A DNA stretch of 64,000 nt from the NCBI GenBank assembly GCA_910576935.1, contig CAJTKG010000010.1, positions 14,918 through 78,917 of the forward strand, written 5' to 3'. Source of the stretch: an uncultured Muribaculaceae bacterium (lineage in GTDB: Bacteria > Bacteroidota > Bacteroidia > Bacteroidales > Muribaculaceae). A model generated the notes under the pieces. That model had not been told where the DNA came from, did no database searches, and worked only from the letters and a program-made list of their open reading frames with translations. Below are positions 61,101-64,000 of the stretch, piece after piece (the first letter of the stretch is position 1; each line of letters starts with the position of its first letter). The position numbers were made by a program, and so were the translations under genes.

Positions 61101-61477
61101 GCCGTATGATATGCGTCGCCGCGGGCTACCCGCGCGAAATGCGCCAATGGGTCGACACCAACAGCGGCCTGCGCTCGCGATTTACCAAAGAGATCGTCTT
61201 CGAGGACTACGACGCCGACCAACTCGCTGAAATCTTCCTCAGCCTCGCCGCCAAAGCCAAATTCACACTGACGCCCGAGGCCGAAGAAGCCATGCTCGCA
61301 TACTTCCGTACCCTCGTCTACAACAAGACACGCGACTTTGCCAACGCCCGCGAGGCCCGCAACTACTTCGACGCCGTCAAACTGCGTCAGGGCGCCCGCC
61401 TGCGCCGCATTATGGAAGGACCAGCATTCGAACGCGCCGCCTACTATATCCTCGAACGCGAAGACATGCTCGTCTGA
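58133..61477 (+). CDS. Zinc-ribbon + four tandem CbbX/SpoVK/EccA-like AAA+ ATPase modules
   Basis: The GTG start overlaps the kinase stop (GTGA). The N-terminal ribbon is CTRCG..YCKHCG. Walker A motifs are GAPGTGKT, GNPGTGKT, GNPGTGKT and GNPGTGKT. Walker B is LFIDEAY in modules 2-4 but LIIENIG in module 1. AGY...NPGL(K/R)SRF blocks are present. Confidence 0.85.
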   Translation: MNTDNNCTRCGGANRPEARYCKHCGNALAATSKQSIIDSIKGQANVRERLSDIYDKAVAIKNRADATKVKMRLEMNFFITGAPGTGKTMLANTIARLLTDAGVTSQRPPVTVDAADYEQWAKEIDKNTDAIKDGILIIENIGKLTGRQYSAGVSPLDPLFSRLSRWYGNPDRPVVILTGLTDMADFMRSNTNVGRYFPFVFHLEPYTIAEMADICEAILVNRFGLTLEPEAREKLERVFIDSRRDPSSTADNGHLAARKASEISVEHTAYPGDDTTVGPDEIPGKEFIAKTFEQVIAEFDNYVGIDEIKETVRTIAARVDRRRHAIEAGTSDPKTPLIDSHYQFLGNPGTGKTTVARIFADALKSLGALPVGQLVEVSRDDLVSKYVGETPQLVKAAVERAIGGVLFIDEAYRLCRDKSDTFGLEAIESLLTYTENRRGEFVLIMAGYAKEMGELSAVNDGIASRINNVVYFRDYKPEELTEIFRRMLASTPERFTVPPETDARLINVFNRMYQTRTSKFGNARDVRNVLTTAISRHAARIAAQGPADVDDNVLTLNDIDPGATSTPTTADEILAPLDGLIGMDSVRSRLRALANKMIKDRRRAAARPGSTEIPTVHIALTGNPGTGKTEVAKRLGRVFKAMGILPSDKVVFRERKTLLDSYSNSAAVNMDKAVDEAIGGVLFIDEAYNLMPLDPGGRDNIGAQAVEALMTRMVNDAGKFITVIAGYKNLIEEFVNNANPGLKSRFTTFIDIPDYNASELFDIYMQQVERRGYTLTPEAVGRLKLKIDEMITSKDERFANARDIIALFNETCLRQDSRVDVDAPVDQLYLITEDDIPYTPPRKIDLADCLGRLDDLIGLDSVKKSLRDLADSITVEQQRAAIEGRRPEYVYDHYLFVGNPGTGKTTVARIMGEIMHSLGLLPSNKVIETVAKDYIAGYVGQTARQTEITVNRALGGILFIDEAYGLNDGPGGFGKDVMPTLLTKLLDYKGRMICVAAGYPREMRQWVDTNSGLRSRFTKEIVFEDYDADQLAEIFLSLAAKAKFTLTPEAEEAMLAYFRTLVYNKTRDFANAREARNYFDAVKLRQGARLRRIMEGPAFERAAYYILEREDMLV

Positions 61478-62354
61478 TAATAAAAAAGGGTCTCACAGCA
61501 GATCTCTTATCGAGCGCAAAGTTTAGTCTTCACAAAAACCAATGCGTTAATTATCCCATCAGACTAATTTGACCAATAAATCCAATTAGAACAAATTCAT
61601 CATTCCAAAATTGCTAATCCACGGCGCATGGAGCGACGCTCCATGGCCCGAGCGAATCCACGACGCTATGGAGGAGGGCGGCGCATAACTGGAAAATTTA
61701 TATTACATCCCATAACCATACTGACAATCAGCGACATTATTATAATATATAATATAAATAGTGTACTTTTGGGGAAGATGGAGATAACCGCAGGCAAAGG
61801 AGTTCTAAATATTTATACTCCGTTAATGATTTTTTATTGCGTTGATTTGCTTATCTTTCTAAAGATAGTTTCCCCTAATTTATTATATGGCTATGTTTGC
61901 TTGTGAACAAGCAATAAAGGATGAGCAATGCTTTTGAGTGGCGATTAAACGCTTGCGCGCCTAAAGTCCCTAAAGTCAAAGTCGAAACGCTATTTCATCT
62001 GTGATGATTTGTAATCATCCCCTTGTTAGATTCGCCATTTTTCACTAATTTTGCACTCGGATTTGACGATGCAGTATGCTGAAAATGCCTGCGGAAAGTC
62101 AATTTAGTAATGTATAAATCAACAACAGTTACTTCTGATTCTGAAACCATTATAGCGGAGAATAAGGGCATTACATCATTTCGGGATGAAATGATGCCTT
62201 ACCGTATAAATTTGATATTTCCAACTGATTTTTGGAACACGCTTCAGTAAGTTAAGGCTTGCTGTGAGATAGTTGTGCACCATGCCTATATGGGTATCGG
62301 TGCTGTTTTTCGTGTGCCTATATCGAATATTTCAAATTAAATCAATAATTATAA

Positions 62355-62924
62355 ATGACAAAGACAATCAAACTGTTAATGATGTTTGTCATTGTGTCCG
62401 TTCCATATTCTTACGGTCAGGAAATCAGGCAAATGTCTATTGGCGAATTGTTTATTCTCGCCAATCAACAAAATCCGGACATCGGAGTCACAAACGAGGC
62501 AATTACTGTCGCACGGCAAGGCGAGGCAGTGGCAAAAAATGCCCGTTTGCCACAAATCAATGCGTCGCTTACATTGAGTTATCTCGGTGACGGAACTATC
62601 CTTGACCGGGATTTCGGTAACGCCATGCGTGACCGGCTGCCACATTTCAGCAACATTCTTGGAGTGGAATTATACCAGCCAATATATACAGGTGGTGCGA
62701 TATCTTCGGGTGTGCGTCTTGCCGAGAAAGGGACTGAAATGGCTGTAACCAATAGGACAATATCCGTCAATTCAGTCAGAATGTCCATCGCGACAAACTA
62801 TCTCGAACTTGCGAAAAATCGTAATCTTTTGAAGGTGTATGACGAGAACATACGTCTGACCGAGAAACTTATCGGCGAGATGATGACTACACTCCCGTAC
62901 ACAAGGGTGATACCCTTGCCATAA
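62355..62924 (+). pseudogene. TolC-family outer-membrane efflux protein, N-terminal third only
   Basis: Signal peptide plus the first TolC repeat (LFILANQQNPDIG..ARLPQINASL..QPIYTGG). Homology stops near 62880 and the frame ends 14 codons later. Intact family members are several hundred residues longer. Confidence 0.7.
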
Positions 62925-63745
62925 TAGAGGACGCGGATTTCCGTCTGCAACTCGCACAGGCAAAAGCAAACCTGCAAAATGCCCTTTCGGGAAAAGATGT
63001 CGCCACATCGGCTGTATCCACCTCAACGAACGACATAACAGTGACCGAGTCGGCACTTGCCGAGGTGGAGGCTTTGTTGCGGAACGCCAAACGTGACCTC
63101 GACCGTTATTCGGCACTTCTTCAACAGGATGCTGTCACCCAACAGCAATATGACGCGGTGGAAACAAATTATCTCGCACTTGAAGCCAAACGAAACACGC
63201 TTGTGAGGCAAAAATACTCCACCGGATTTGTGGCACAGCAGCAGCGTCACCGCCTCGGTCAGAATGACGCCGGTATAGAACTCGCGGAAGCGGCCGTAAG
63301 CCTTGCCGAACTTAATCTGTCATATACGGTAATTCTCGCTCCGTGTGATGGGTTTGCATCCCGGCGCAACATACAGCCGGGGCAGCTTATTCAGCCGGGG
63401 CAGCTTATTCAGCCGGGGCAGACCATTGTGTCGGTGGTGGATACCGGTGATACATGGGTTATCGCCAACTATAAGGAAACGCAGACCGTACGGATGACAG
63501 TAGGCGACAGTGTGATCATAGAAGTCGATGCCGTTCCCAACGTGAAATATATGGGTGTAATCGAGGCCATATCCAATGCAACCGGTGCAAAGTATTCACC
63601 TATGCCGCAGGATAACTCAACCGGAAATTTTGTGAAAGTAGAGCAACGCATACCCGTTAAGATTCGGTTTGCATCAGATACACCCGAAAATGAGATGGCG
63701 CGGTTACGGTCGGGCATGAATGTGGAATGTAATGTAGTCAAATGA
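62882..63745 (+). pseudogene. HlyD/EmrA-family membrane-fusion protein lacking N-terminus and start
   Basis: The frame is open from 62843. Homology begins at about 62885 (YTPVHKGDTLAIIEDADFRLQLAQAKANLQNA) and continues through the coiled coil and beta-barrel to 63745. There is no N-terminal TM anchor or plausible native start. Confidence 0.7.
63374..63421 (+). repeat. 18-bp in-frame tandem repeat (2.7 copies) cagccggggcagcttatt
   Basis: Encodes QPGQLI-QPGQLI-QPGQ inside the HlyD-like frame. Confidence 0.9.
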
Positions 63746-64000
63746 TGGGACACGGACCAAGCCCATTTACCAACAACCGCCTTTTGGTGTATAAGCCGTG
63801 GGTGCCGCGCCGGTTGCGCTTCTGGTTAATTGTTATGTTCGCATTTTTCTACCAGTTGTCGGGAGGCGTGTATCTCGCAGTCCTAAGTCAGATGGTGGGT
63901 GAACTTTCATTTATCAGCGAAGATGTGACGATGGCAAGTTATTGCTCTCTTATCGGACTTAACATGATATTTCCGGTACTGTTCAGGTGGAAATTCTATT
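63742..64000 (+). CDS. MFS (EmrB/DHA2-like) efflux transporter, N-terminal part (runs off window end)
   Basis: Not in the track because there is no stop. The ATG at 63742 overlaps the HlyD stop (ATGA). Translation gives MMGHGPSPFTNNRLLVYKPWVPRRLRFWLIVMFAFFYQLSGGVYLAVLSQ..., a hydrophobic TM1/TM2 consistent with the third gene of an EmrAB-TolC-type operon. Confidence 0.6.
   Translation, partial: MMGHGPSPFTNNRLLVYKPWVPRRLRFWLIVMFAFFYQLSGGVYLAVLSQMVGELSFISEDVTMASYCSLIGLNMIFPVLFRWKFY

Noticed and set aside
61628-61906. 92-aa ORF in the AT-rich gap
   Set aside because: It starts inside a palindrome and direct-repeat region. The sequence is low-complexity and Ile/Leu-rich, with no upstream promoter box or recognisable motif. 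It was treated as non-coding.

Overview
This window reads as a chromosomal segment of a Bacteroidales-type bacterium. Supporting traits are a fused nuoCD, the atpDC-atpBEFHAG gene order, TAnnTTTG -7 promoter boxes, a T9SS C-terminal sorting domain and a GH97 enzyme. No rRNA, tRNA, CRISPR array, transposase or integrase was recognised by eye.

1-14.7 kb (minus strand): a respiratory cluster in which the complete F1Fo ATP synthase operon sits inside the NADH dehydrogenase operon, giving nuoA-B-CD-H | atpD-C-B-E-F-H-A-G | nuoI-J-K-L-M.

14.9-33.1 kb: ordinary genes. These are a TonB-dependent receptor with a lipoprotein, an ECF sigma / membrane protein / Spy-like trio, GH97, lysA, carAB, an M16 peptidase and dnaK.

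33.3-34.1 kb: a decayed zeta-toxin-like toxin-antitoxin pair.

34.1-42.9 kb (minus strand): an operon of secreted hydrolases. It holds an alpha/beta esterase, two paralogous metallophosphoesterases (one fused to a SASA-like esterase domain), a T9SS beta-helix protein and a FemAB-like GNAT.

43.1-45.9 kb: an AT-rich island with an orphan Rhs-tip-type toxin, a tandem array of decaying membrane-protein (immunity-like) genes and a transglutaminase-like protein. It is bracketed by copies of a 19-nt promoter-containing repeat.

46-48 kb: a CDF transporter and an SPFH/Arc pair.

48.2-61.5 kb: a tightly packed nine-gene plus-strand operon. It begins with two unknown proteins and four glycosyltransferase-like genes. 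It ends in the strongest candidate for an undescribed system: a multi-zinc-ribbon protein, a membrane Hanks-type Ser/Thr kinase, and a zinc-ribbon protein with four tandem CbbX/SpoVK-like AAA+ modules.

61.5-64 kb: an AT-rich non-coding stretch, then an efflux operon collapsed by an internal deletion.
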